A DNA stretch of 32,000 nucleotides from Pseudoalteromonas tetraodonis (GTDB lineage: Bacteria; Pseudomonadota; Gammaproteobacteria; Enterobacterales; Alteromonadaceae): assembly GCF_002310835.1 (NCBI RefSeq), contig NZ_CP011041.1, positions 2,880,001-2,912,000 of the forward strand, given 5' to 3'. The position numbers were made by a program, and so were the translations under genes. Below are positions 17,614 through 25,191 of the stretch, one piece after another (within the stretch, counting starts at the first letter, position 1; each line of letters opens with the position of its first letter). The notes beneath the pieces were generated by a model. The model made no database searches, was not told the origin of the DNA, and worked only from the letters and a program-made list of their open reading frames with translations.

Positions 17614-17670
17614 CTTTTTACTTTTTACTTTTTACTTTTTACTTTTTACTTTTTACTTTTTACTTTTTTA
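17614..17670. repeat. Heptanucleotide tandem repeat (CTTTTTA) with 7 perfect units plus one 8-nt variant
   Basis: Counted directly: units start at 17614, 17621, 17628, 17635, 17642, 17649 and 17656, and a final ctttttta occupies 17663-17670. The repeat lies 88-144 nt upstream of the ATG of the 17104-17526 gene. Confidence 0.95.
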
Positions 17671-18110
17671 AACAGCTTTAACTTCACAAGTATAAAAGGG
17701 GTGTCTAATTTATACTCATGAGATTGAAGCCAAGCATGAGCACCATTAAAAGAAATAAAAACCCTACGCTCATAACTAGGTATTGAGTAATGGATCATTT
17801 TTCCAATTGTTCAGCTTTAAGCGCAGTACTTTGCAACAATCGGTTCTATCCCGGGCACATCCAATTCCCGTTCATCAAAAGTGATAAAATGGCCTATTGT
17901 ACGTCTTTCAATGGCGATGTTTTTTGCCTTGACTCTTTAACCTTAACCATTCGCCAACTTTACTTCTTAGCTGATATTCCACCTTGATAGGTATACACCA
18001 GACTGGCACCGATTGAAAACAAGAAGTAGCTTACTATTACTGCTCTTAGTTCTTTCCAAAAAAACTATTAGCTAGGCCTTTCCTAACATAACTAAAATGG
18101 TTTAAATCCC

Positions 18111-18148
18111 AAAAAACGAAAGCTACCATCAATATAGTTGCGGTAGCT
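18111..18148 (-). terminator. Possible weak rho-independent terminator after pcoB
   Basis: The minus strand reads agctacc, a 14-nt loop, ggtagct, then ttcgtttttt, about 30 nt after the pcoB stop. The stem is short and the loop is long, so this is tentative. Confidence 0.35.
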
Positions 18149-18178
18149 CTCATCAAGTCAATATAGTATTTCTTCATA

Positions 18179-19039
18179 TCAGAGCCAGAACTTGATACCT
18201 GCAACAAAAGCAGTATCACGAGTACTTTGCCCATTTAACTTCGCAAAGTCGGCTGTATTACCAAATTTATTTGTCCACTCAACGCCAACATAGGGAGCAA
18301 ACTGGCGGGTAAACTCATAACGAACCCGAAAACCAATAGCACTGCTAGACAAGCCACTACCAAGGTTATTTTGGACGTCATCCTTACCGTAAAGCGTCAA
18401 CTCTGCTCGTGGTTGAACAATTAACTTTTGAGTAAGTAATAGCTCATACTCAGCTTCGATCGAAAATGCACTATTACCTTGCTCTCCTAAATACGCAGTC
18501 ATATCAATTTCAAACCAGTAGGGGGCTAGACCTTGTAAACCAAAAGCTAGCCATTTGCGGTTTTCACCTTCGTTATTGTAATCAAGTCGAATACCGACTT
18601 GTGTATCCCAATAAGCAGATATTGCGTGGCCCCATAGAAAATCTGTTTGGTTCTCCTCTAAATTACCTTCGCTAAAATCTCCTTCAGTTTTGATGACTAA
18701 TCTATCAAAAGTAGTGCCATACCATGCCTGAAAGTCAAAAACACCTGCGTTTGTTTGCTCATTATATTCAAGACGATCCCCTAGTAGCGCGTAAAATGAA
18801 TGCTCATCTGCCAAAGTCAGTCGTTTGTCGCTACTGAGTGCATAAGGACCTTCAGTCAAAGTTGTACCTGCTGCATAAGCATGGGGGTCTCTAGCATCTT
18901 TAGGTGCATCTCCACCTTGTGCTTGCATTTTAGAATCACCCATCTCAGTCATCTCATCTTTTGCAGATACAGATACACTTATAAGGGGCAAACCTATTAA
19001 TAATAGTCTTAACGTATTGGTTAGTATTAATTTTTTCAT
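18179..19039 (-). CDS. pcoB: Copper resistance outer membrane protein CopB/PcoB
   Basis: A signal peptide and an N-terminal Met/Asp region are followed by beta-barrel sequence typical of the family (LGDRLEYNEQ..., FDFQAWYGTTFDRLVIKTEGD, C-terminal F-W-L). An ATGA overlap links it to the pcoA stop. Confidence 0.88.
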   Translation of the reverse strand: MKKLILTNTLRLLLIGLPLISVSVSAKDEMTEMGDSKMQAQGGDAPKDARDPHAYAAGTTLTEGPYALSSDKRLTLADEHSFYALLGDRLEYNEQTNAGVFDFQAWYGTTFDRLVIKTEGDFSEGNLEENQTDFLWGHAISAYWDTQVGIRLDYNNEGENRKWLAFGLQGLAPYWFEIDMTAYLGEQGNSAFSIEAEYELLLTQKLIVQPRAELTLYGKDDVQNNLGSGLSSSAIGFRVRYEFTRQFAPYVGVEWTNKFGNTADFAKLNGQSTRDTAFVAGIKFWL

Positions 19040-20859
19040 GATACAACTACCTCTCTAAACATACCTGCATCCATGTGGAATAATAAATGGCAATGCCATG
19101 CCCAGCGACCTACGTCATGAGGTGTTGTTAAAAAACTAATTCTTTGCGCTGGTTGTACAGGGATAGTATGGCGACGAACCTGTACATCACCTTTTTCATT
19201 CTCCAAATCGCTCCACATACCATGCAGGTGCATGGGATGTGTCATCATTGTATCGTTTTGTAAAATAACTCTTAAACGTTGATTATGCTTCATGTGAACT
19301 GGCGTGCTTTTTCCAAATTCCAAGCCATCAAATGACCAGCTATAACGCTCCATGTTTCCAGTTAAATGTAATTCAATTTCAGCCTCTGGCTCTTGCTGGT
19401 TTGTAATTCCCTCAAGAGAATGTAAATCTGCAAGTGTTAAAACACGGCGTCCATTTTTACGTAAACCTATACCGGGATCATCAAGGTTTGTTCTAGGCAT
19501 ATCAACACGCATATCAACAGAAGCTCCATACTCTGTTTTTGCATGACGCACTTTAGTGCTAGCAACAGCTAATGGGTTTTTAGTCATTCCATGTTTACTA
19601 TGATCCATTGCCATCGCTCCATGACCCATTGCACTATGATCCATTTTATTAGAATTCATGCCCGACATGTCTGCCATACCTGCCATCGCGGAATGCTCAC
19701 CACCTTGGGCCATATTCCCCATCATATCTGTCATCGTTAACCATTCAACGGGATCTAGAGCAGGTACTGGTGCATCAATATTAGGTGCCATTGATAAAGT
19801 ACCTTTAGCATAACCTGAGCGATCCATGCTTTGTGCAAAAATCGTATATGCATCATTTTTTGGCTCGACAAGTACATCATAAGTTTCACCGGGACCAAAT
19901 CTAAATTCATCTACTGTCACAGGTTCAACATTTTGTCCATCAGCTTGTACAACTGTTAACTTCAGCTCAGGTATTCTTACATCAAAAAACGTATTGCTAG
20001 AACCGTTAATAAATCTAAGCCTAACCTTTTCGCCAGCTTTAAACATTCCACGCCAGTTTGTCAAAGGCGCACAACCATTCATTAAAAAAGTCATTGCAGA
20101 TGCTGATAAGTCTGCAAGATCTGTAGGGTTCATTCTCATTTTATTCCACATTTCCCGGCGTTGTAGCGCATTTGAAACGCTGCTATTTGAAATGTCATCA
20201 AAAAACTCTGGAACAGTAGGTTGATTAAAGTTAAATACATCGCTCTGTACTTTTAACTTGCGGAACAAATCCATTGGGTCATCATCAGTCCAATCAGACA
20301 ATTGGATAACATGCTCATTGTCAGCACTAATAATATCCTTTTCTCTTGGCTCAATAATTAATGCGCCGTACATACCTGTCATTTCTTGAAAGCCACTGTG
20401 TGAGTGATACCAATATGTGCCGCTTTGTTGCAGCTTAAATTTATAAACAAAGGTTTCACCCGGCATTATACCTTTAAAGCTAATACCCGGTACGCCATCC
20501 ATTTGATACGGAAGAATGATCCCATGCCAATGAATTGAACTCGGCACTGATAATTTATTAGTTACCCTGATAGTAACGTCATCACCTTCTCTGAGGCGCA
20601 AGGTAGGAGCTGGTATTGAGCCATTGATTGTTGTAGCCATTCTTACAACACCTGTGAAGTTTACGGGTGACTCATCTATCACCAGATCTATTATTTCTCC
20701 ACTTAGTTCGGGCACAGTACCTGTTATTGTTCCAGCCACTAAAGATGAAGCAGCATGAAGAATGCTTGGAAAAGCAGCTAATATACCGCCAGCAGCTAAA
20801 CCTTGTACAAAGCGTCTACGCGGTGTAGAAATTTGATGTAATGGATCTTTAATTCTCAT
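19036..20859 (-). CDS. pcoA: Copper resistance multicopper oxidase CopA/PcoA (Tat-exported)
   Basis: A twin-arginine signal is present (TPRRRFVQGLAAGG). MCO copper-site motifs are HWHG, YWYHSH, HPMHLHG and HCHLLFHMDAGM. A Met/His-rich insert is also present (MMGNMAQGGEHSAMAGMADMSGM...). Confidence 0.93.
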   Translation of the reverse strand: MRIKDPLHQISTPRRRFVQGLAAGGILAAFPSILHAASSLVAGTITGTVPELSGEIIDLVIDESPVNFTGVVRMATTINGSIPAPTLRLREGDDVTIRVTNKLSVPSSIHWHGIILPYQMDGVPGISFKGIMPGETFVYKFKLQQSGTYWYHSHSGFQEMTGMYGALIIEPREKDIISADNEHVIQLSDWTDDDPMDLFRKLKVQSDVFNFNQPTVPEFFDDISNSSVSNALQRREMWNKMRMNPTDLADLSASAMTFLMNGCAPLTNWRGMFKAGEKVRLRFINGSSNTFFDVRIPELKLTVVQADGQNVEPVTVDEFRFGPGETYDVLVEPKNDAYTIFAQSMDRSGYAKGTLSMAPNIDAPVPALDPVEWLTMTDMMGNMAQGGEHSAMAGMADMSGMNSNKMDHSAMGHGAMAMDHSKHGMTKNPLAVASTKVRHAKTEYGASVDMRVDMPRTNLDDPGIGLRKNGRRVLTLADLHSLEGITNQQEPEAEIELHLTGNMERYSWSFDGLEFGKSTPVHMKHNQRLRVILQNDTMMTHPMHLHGMWSDLENEKGDVQVRRHTIPVQPAQRISFLTTPHDVGRWAWHCHLLFHMDAGMFREVVVS

Positions 20860-20886
20860 TTTACTCTCCGAGGTTTGACCAATAAA

Positions 20887-21357
20887 TTAGTGTGACCAAT
20901 GAATGTGCTTAATTTTCCATTCACCGTTTTGCTTTTCGAGAACCATTGTTTCCATCCCTTGATAATCACGTTCTTCACCATTGTAAGTACCTTTAGTTTG
21001 ACTACGCGAGGCAGAGATAGCTGTATTTCCAAGTATCGTCACTTGATGTTCAAGTGTGTCGCTCTTCATCGCTGCTAAATACTTCATATCCGACAACATA
21101 TGATGATGAGCATATTCATCAGCGCTCCTTTCAACGCGGCCTCCCTCGAAAATGGTGACATCATCCGCTAACTGCGCTCTAGCCTGTTTTTGATTGCCAG
21201 TTTCAAGTGCTTGATGAAATGCCAAAACAACTTTTGCGGCTGGTGTATCTACACCTTTAAACAATCCTTTGTCTTTATTCTTATCACCATGAGCGTTTGC
21301 TGCGAAACTAAACGTCATTAATAAAACGAGTAGGATATTTATTGTTTTCATTTTCAT
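20887..21357 (-). CDS. Secreted NTF2/SnoaL-like (DUF4440-like) protein
   Basis: A signal peptide (LLMTFSFAANA/HGDKNKDKG) precedes a ~130-aa alpha+beta cone-like pattern ending in EKQNGEWKIKHIHWSH. The family assignment is by resemblance only. Confidence 0.5.
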   Translation of the reverse strand: MKMKTINILLVLLMTFSFAANAHGDKNKDKGLFKGVDTPAAKVVLAFHQALETGNQKQARAQLADDVTIFEGGRVERSADEYAHHHMLSDMKYLAAMKSDTLEHQVTILGNTAISASRSQTKGTYNGEERDYQGMETMVLEKQNGEWKIKHIHWSH

Positions 21358-21372
21358 TTTCTCTTTTAGGTT

Positions 21373-22269
21373 TTAATTTGCAGGGCCAACAACACTAGTA
21401 AGCCCAGCCGTTACAGATAAAATGGCAAAAGCTACTACCATTTCTATCGAGATAGATTTAGATAAAGCCTCTCTGCCTTGACTATTTTTAAGTTGTGGAA
21501 CGAGTATTAGTTTATGTTTAGCAGCAAGTGCCAAAATAGACACTACAAGGGCCAATTTAAACAACAGTGTTTGTCCGTAACTTGAGCTTATTAGTGCATC
21601 AAGACTTCCGACCAATTGAATCACGAGCCAGAGGCCTGCTACCAACAATAGGCTCAATGTAAAACTTGCTTGTTTGCCAAAGCTTTCCATCAGCAAATGA
21701 AGTTCTGCATAACTTAGCTGATGGCAAGCCTGTTTTAGTGGCAATAACGCCCCAAACCACCATGCCATAACGAGCACATGCAAAATAAGCAAGCCTTTTT
21801 CAATTGTGCCTAACTCAGAAATATGACCCAGTAACGTGAATGAGTATGCAAGGATTAATAAACTCAACATTAAAGCGCTTTGTTTTAAGTACGAGTTCAC
21901 AGCGAGTTTGAACCTTAAAGCTAAAGCGATTATTGCGGTAACTAGCCCAAGCGCTCGAAGCAAAGCTCCAGTGCCGACAGAGGAGTCCCACATAATAGCC
22001 AATATATCAGCGTCTATCGCCCCCTGAATTCCCTCTTCTGCCATTGCACCAGTACTGGCAAAGAACCAAGTAATATTAGCGATCAAAGCCATAACTATAT
22101 AAGTTCTTGTCCACGTTAAATTCGCTATTACAGCATTAGTATGAGATTCATTATTCTCAAATATTTGCCTGAAAAATGTATAACCAGCAATACAGGCAAA
22201 GCCGACGTAAAATACAATTTTTGACAGTACAATGACTGTATTCCAGATATACATTTCCATATCAATCAC
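21373..22269 (-). CDS. copD: Copper resistance inner membrane protein CopD/PcoD family
   Basis: The ~8-TM hydrophobic protein lies directly downstream of copC. The ORF-track start is a GTG, and ATG codons lie 3 and 5 codons downstream, so the start is uncertain by a few codons. Confidence 0.8.
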   Translation of the reverse strand: MIDMEMYIWNTVIVLSKIVFYVGFACIAGYTFFRQIFENNESHTNAVIANLTWTRTYIVMALIANITWFFASTGAMAEEGIQGAIDADILAIMWDSSVGTGALLRALGLVTAIIALALRFKLAVNSYLKQSALMLSLLILAYSFTLLGHISELGTIEKGLLILHVLVMAWWFGALLPLKQACHQLSYAELHLLMESFGKQASFTLSLLLVAGLWLVIQLVGSLDALISSSYGQTLLFKLALVVSILALAAKHKLILVPQLKNSQGREALSKSISIEMVVAFAILSVTAGLTSVVGPAN

Positions 22270-22279
22270 ACCGCCTATT

Positions 22280-22627
22280 TTAGTGAACCATAAAGCCGAA
22301 GCTATGTTTCATTTTATGACCATCGTTACCTAAGAAGGTTACATCCACAGCATAGTTTGCAGGAGCTAATTTAGGTAGTTTCCATGTAAATTTGCTAGTA
22401 GCGACTTTAGAAGGCTCGAATCCAAATTTAAATTCTTCGCCTTGTTTATTGGCCAATGAAACTTTTACAACCCGTACCTCTTTGGTGAACACCAAAGTTA
22501 ACTCTTCTGGAGGATTCATTAGCATTGCATTATCAGCAGGCACACTTTTTTCAAGATGCACATGCGCAAATACCGCACTACTAAAAACGACACTGATTAC
22601 GGTTAAAAATTTAATTAATGTTTTCAT
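22280..22627 (-). CDS. copC: Periplasmic copper-binding protein CopC/PcoC family
   Basis: A signal peptide ends in ...AVFA, followed by the mature N-terminus HVHLEKSVPADNAML. This is the His1-x-His Cu(II) site pattern of CopC/YobA domains. The protein is 115 aa and beta-rich. Confidence 0.85.
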   Translation of the reverse strand: MKTLIKFLTVISVVFSSAVFAHVHLEKSVPADNAMLMNPPEELTLVFTKEVRVVKVSLANKQGEEFKFGFEPSKVATSKFTWKLPKLAPANYAVDVTFLGNDGHKMKHSFGFMVH

Positions 22628-22651
22628 ATATACCTCTATTTATTTAATGGA

Positions 22652-24484
22652 TTAACGACTAAATTTATCTTTGAAAATTTGATTACTTGGAATCCCAGCA
22701 TCTGTAATTATTTTTTCCACTTCACTCATCATTGCTTCTGGACCGCACAAGTAAAACTCAGCCAAAAGCAGTTCTGATTTTTGGTTCATATACGGCAGAA
22801 GTACTTTTTGAACATAGCCTGAGTGCCCTTGCCATTCTTCTGAAGGATTAGAAAGAGTAGGAATATAAGAGAAGTTTTTATGCTTCTCACTCAGTGACTT
22901 CAATTCATTATGGTATAGCAAGTCATCTTCAGTTCGCGCACCATAGATAAGAGTCAAACCACTTTTATCTTTATGCTTTTTCAACTGTTCAAAAATAATA
23001 GACCTCAGTGGTGCAAGTCCTGAACCCGCACCAATAAACACGCGACTAACTTTTTTATTTGAAGTGGCATAAAAATCAGAAAAAGGGCCTTTTGCAGTTA
23101 TCGTTTCACCTACTTGGAGTGAACCTAAATAACTTGAACCTATTCCTGCTTTAAAACCATTCTTTGCGGTCTGCCAACGGATATTAAACATTAACTCATC
23201 AGACTCCTCGTCAAAGTTAACTAATGAGTAGTGGCGAGTTACACCGTTATGAGAAAATTTTCCATGATAGTAGCTATCCCAGTATTTTTCATAGCACTCT
23301 GGCATATCATCTGGACGTAAGCTATTCATCCCTGCTGGCACATCAAATTGCATATATGCACCAGCTTTAAATGCCAACTGTTTGCCTGATTTCAGCTTAA
23401 ATTTCACTTCCTTGATAAAAGGAGTAATGAAATTAGTCGCAACCACAACTAGCTCATGATTTTCAATATTGCGATCAGTATTAACTTCAATCGAACTAAT
23501 TTCAGAGAACCTATGCTGACATCCAAGCCGATAACCTTCCTTAAGTTGCTCCTGAGATAAATGTTCCTGTTCAGATAGTGTGATAGGTAATTTAGTTGAA
23601 CTTAAGAACACGCATTTGCCACAAGTACCGCCACCACCGCAACCTGAAGGAAGGTATACATGTGAACTAGCTAGCCCTTCTAGTACAGTTGAGCGACCAA
23701 CTGCTGAGATGTCAGTAATAGTATTTTCATTGGAAAACGTCACTGCCACTTTTTGCCTGTTAGTGCCCCAACCTAGCTTCAGTAAACCACTTCGATACTG
23801 TTGTATCAGCCAAGTAACACCAGTAATTGAAAGGAATAGCGTTGCAAAAGCAAATGCAATGATCAACCAATGGTTAAATCCTCCAGAATTGCCATAGTCC
23901 ATAAAGTGAAGCTTCATCATCAGATCTTTCAATCTGAAATCATCATTGGCATGGCGAAGTACTTGACCTGTAATACTATCTAAATAAATAGTTGTATTGT
24001 TCTCATCCTCAACGGCAACTTGCCACATAGGATTTTGCTGCCTTACGTGATCAGAAAACGGAGGTTGAGATAACACTGGAGTAGTTAACTTACCCTGTCC
24101 TGAGTAGGAGTTTTTTGCCAAAGTTAGTACTTGTTCTTCAGACAAATTAAATGGCTTTCCTGTTACAGCATCAAATAGCTTTGAGTGGCGTTCTTGATAG
24201 CTATGCTGCCCCTTATCGAACACAAAATGATAGTAAGGCTGATGTAAAACCCATATAAGGTTTACTTCCTGCGGAGCATTACTAGTAATGTCTTTAATAG
24301 GGAATAGGTCAAAGCCTGTAATGCTACCTTCATGATGAGAATGAACTCTAAGTTCATTACCACTGGCTTTACTGTGATCCATCAAATTGAAGTAAAGGCC
24401 CGTTCCCAACCAAATAAGCAGTTGTAAACCAACAAATAAAGAAAGCCACTTGTGTATCGTTGTATTTAACTTAAATAGTCGCAT
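22652..24484 (-). CDS. Fusion protein: N-terminal PepSY-TM module (TM, periplasmic PepSY-like domain, TM) joined to an NqrF-like 2Fe-2S ferredoxin and an FAD/NAD(P)H oxidoreductase
   Basis: TM1 carries IHKWLSLFVGLQLLIW. A ~170-aa loop is followed by LHFMDYGNSGGFNHW and TM2. The ferredoxin motif is LPSGCGGGGTCGKC...RLGCQ, the FAD site is RHYS, the NAD(P)H site is GAGSGLAPLRS, and the C-terminal motif is YLCGPEAMM. All of these parallel NqrF. The likely start is ATG 24484 (TGATG overlap with the upstream stop); the ORF track starts one codon earlier at a TTG. Confidence 0.8.
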   Translation of the reverse strand: MRLFKLNTTIHKWLSLFVGLQLLIWLGTGLYFNLMDHSKASGNELRVHSHHEGSITGFDLFPIKDITSNAPQEVNLIWVLHQPYYHFVFDKGQHSYQERHSKLFDAVTGKPFNLSEEQVLTLAKNSYSGQGKLTTPVLSQPPFSDHVRQQNPMWQVAVEDENNTTIYLDSITGQVLRHANDDFRLKDLMMKLHFMDYGNSGGFNHWLIIAFAFATLFLSITGVTWLIQQYRSGLLKLGWGTNRQKVAVTFSNENTITDISAVGRSTVLEGLASSHVYLPSGCGGGGTCGKCVFLSSTKLPITLSEQEHLSQEQLKEGYRLGCQHRFSEISSIEVNTDRNIENHELVVVATNFITPFIKEVKFKLKSGKQLAFKAGAYMQFDVPAGMNSLRPDDMPECYEKYWDSYYHGKFSHNGVTRHYSLVNFDEESDELMFNIRWQTAKNGFKAGIGSSYLGSLQVGETITAKGPFSDFYATSNKKVSRVFIGAGSGLAPLRSIIFEQLKKHKDKSGLTLIYGARTEDDLLYHNELKSLSEKHKNFSYIPTLSNPSEEWQGHSGYVQKVLLPYMNQKSELLLAEFYLCGPEAMMSEVEKIITDAGIPSNQIFKDKFSR

Positions 24485-25191
24485 CAAATGACTCCCTTTT
24501 TATTTGGGGAAAGCACTCGGTAATAAGTCAATACTGCGCCAGTAATTGCTCCCATTAGACCTAGAGTTGCGACCAAGAACAAAAACCAGTTAGATACGTT
24601 TTCTCCATCATAGTAATCCATAATGTGGAACCGCCACATCCAATCAAACAATCGCCAGTAATCATGACGCTTGGCAACAAGTGATCCTGTTTGTTGACTT
24701 ATATAAAATGTCGGTGTGGAGAATTGCTCAAACGTCACTCTCCAAACAGGTAAATGCCTTGGGGACAACTCAGCAGGCAAGTTTGTCGCTGACTTAATCA
24801 ACCTTACGCTGTCGATTTGATGATTCAGCGCATAATGGTATTGTGCGATTTCTTTAGCCTTGATTTCATCTACAAGTGCCTGAACAGCTCCAGTTTTAGC
24901 ATCTATTGCTACTTTTCCATTTTCTCCATTAATAAAAGAATACAAAGGACGGCCCATACTTTGAGTAAGTGTAACTTGGCTAGCTTTAGGATAATCCGCA
25001 GCTAGCTTTACAATGGAGTAATCCATACTTGCTAAATCTATTTTGGCTTCCTCACTCTTAGCCAAGGTTTCGCCGTGTATATAGTGAATATCCATAGTCA
25101 CCATATACACGCCTGTAATAGACCAGAAGAGGAATTGTATTCCGACAAATGCCATTAGCCATTTGTGATATTTTCTAGCCGTGCTAAGCAT
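24484..25191 (-). CDS. PepSY-associated two-TM protein with a periplasmic PepSY-like domain
   Basis: TM1 carries YHKWLMAFVGIQFLFW. A ~150-aa loop is followed by RFHIMDYYDGENVSNW and TM2. This is the same architecture and the same two His-containing motifs as the N-terminal third of the downstream reductase. The start overlaps the cusA stop by 8 nt. Confidence 0.75.
   Translation of the reverse strand: MLSTARKYHKWLMAFVGIQFLFWSITGVYMVTMDIHYIHGETLAKSEEAKIDLASMDYSIVKLAADYPKASQVTLTQSMGRPLYSFINGENGKVAIDAKTGAVQALVDEIKAKEIAQYHYALNHQIDSVRLIKSATNLPAELSPRHLPVWRVTFEQFSTPTFYISQQTGSLVAKRHDYWRLFDWMWRFHIMDYYDGENVSNWFLFLVATLGLMGAITGAVLTYYRVLSPNKKGVI

Noticed and set aside
17614-17670. Possibility that the tandem repeat is a CRISPR array or a minisatellite coding repeat
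   Set aside because: The units are 7 bp with no spacers, and the tract is not inside any ORF. It is a simple-sequence repeat.
17698-17735. GGGGTGTCTAATTTATACTCATGAG... resembling the GGGG-start terminal inverted repeat of a Tn3-family element
   Set aside because: No matching inverted copy occurs anywhere in the window, no adjacent transposase is present, and the resemblance is limited to the first few bases.
17790-18234. ORFs 17790-17987(+) and 18046-18234(-), and a minus-strand frame reading ...KNIAIERRTIGHFITFDERELDVPGIEPIVAKYCA*
   Set aside because: I see no RBS, start context or recognisable family. The second ORF overlaps the pcoB 3' end and the putative terminator. This may be a gene remnant, but I cannot assign it.
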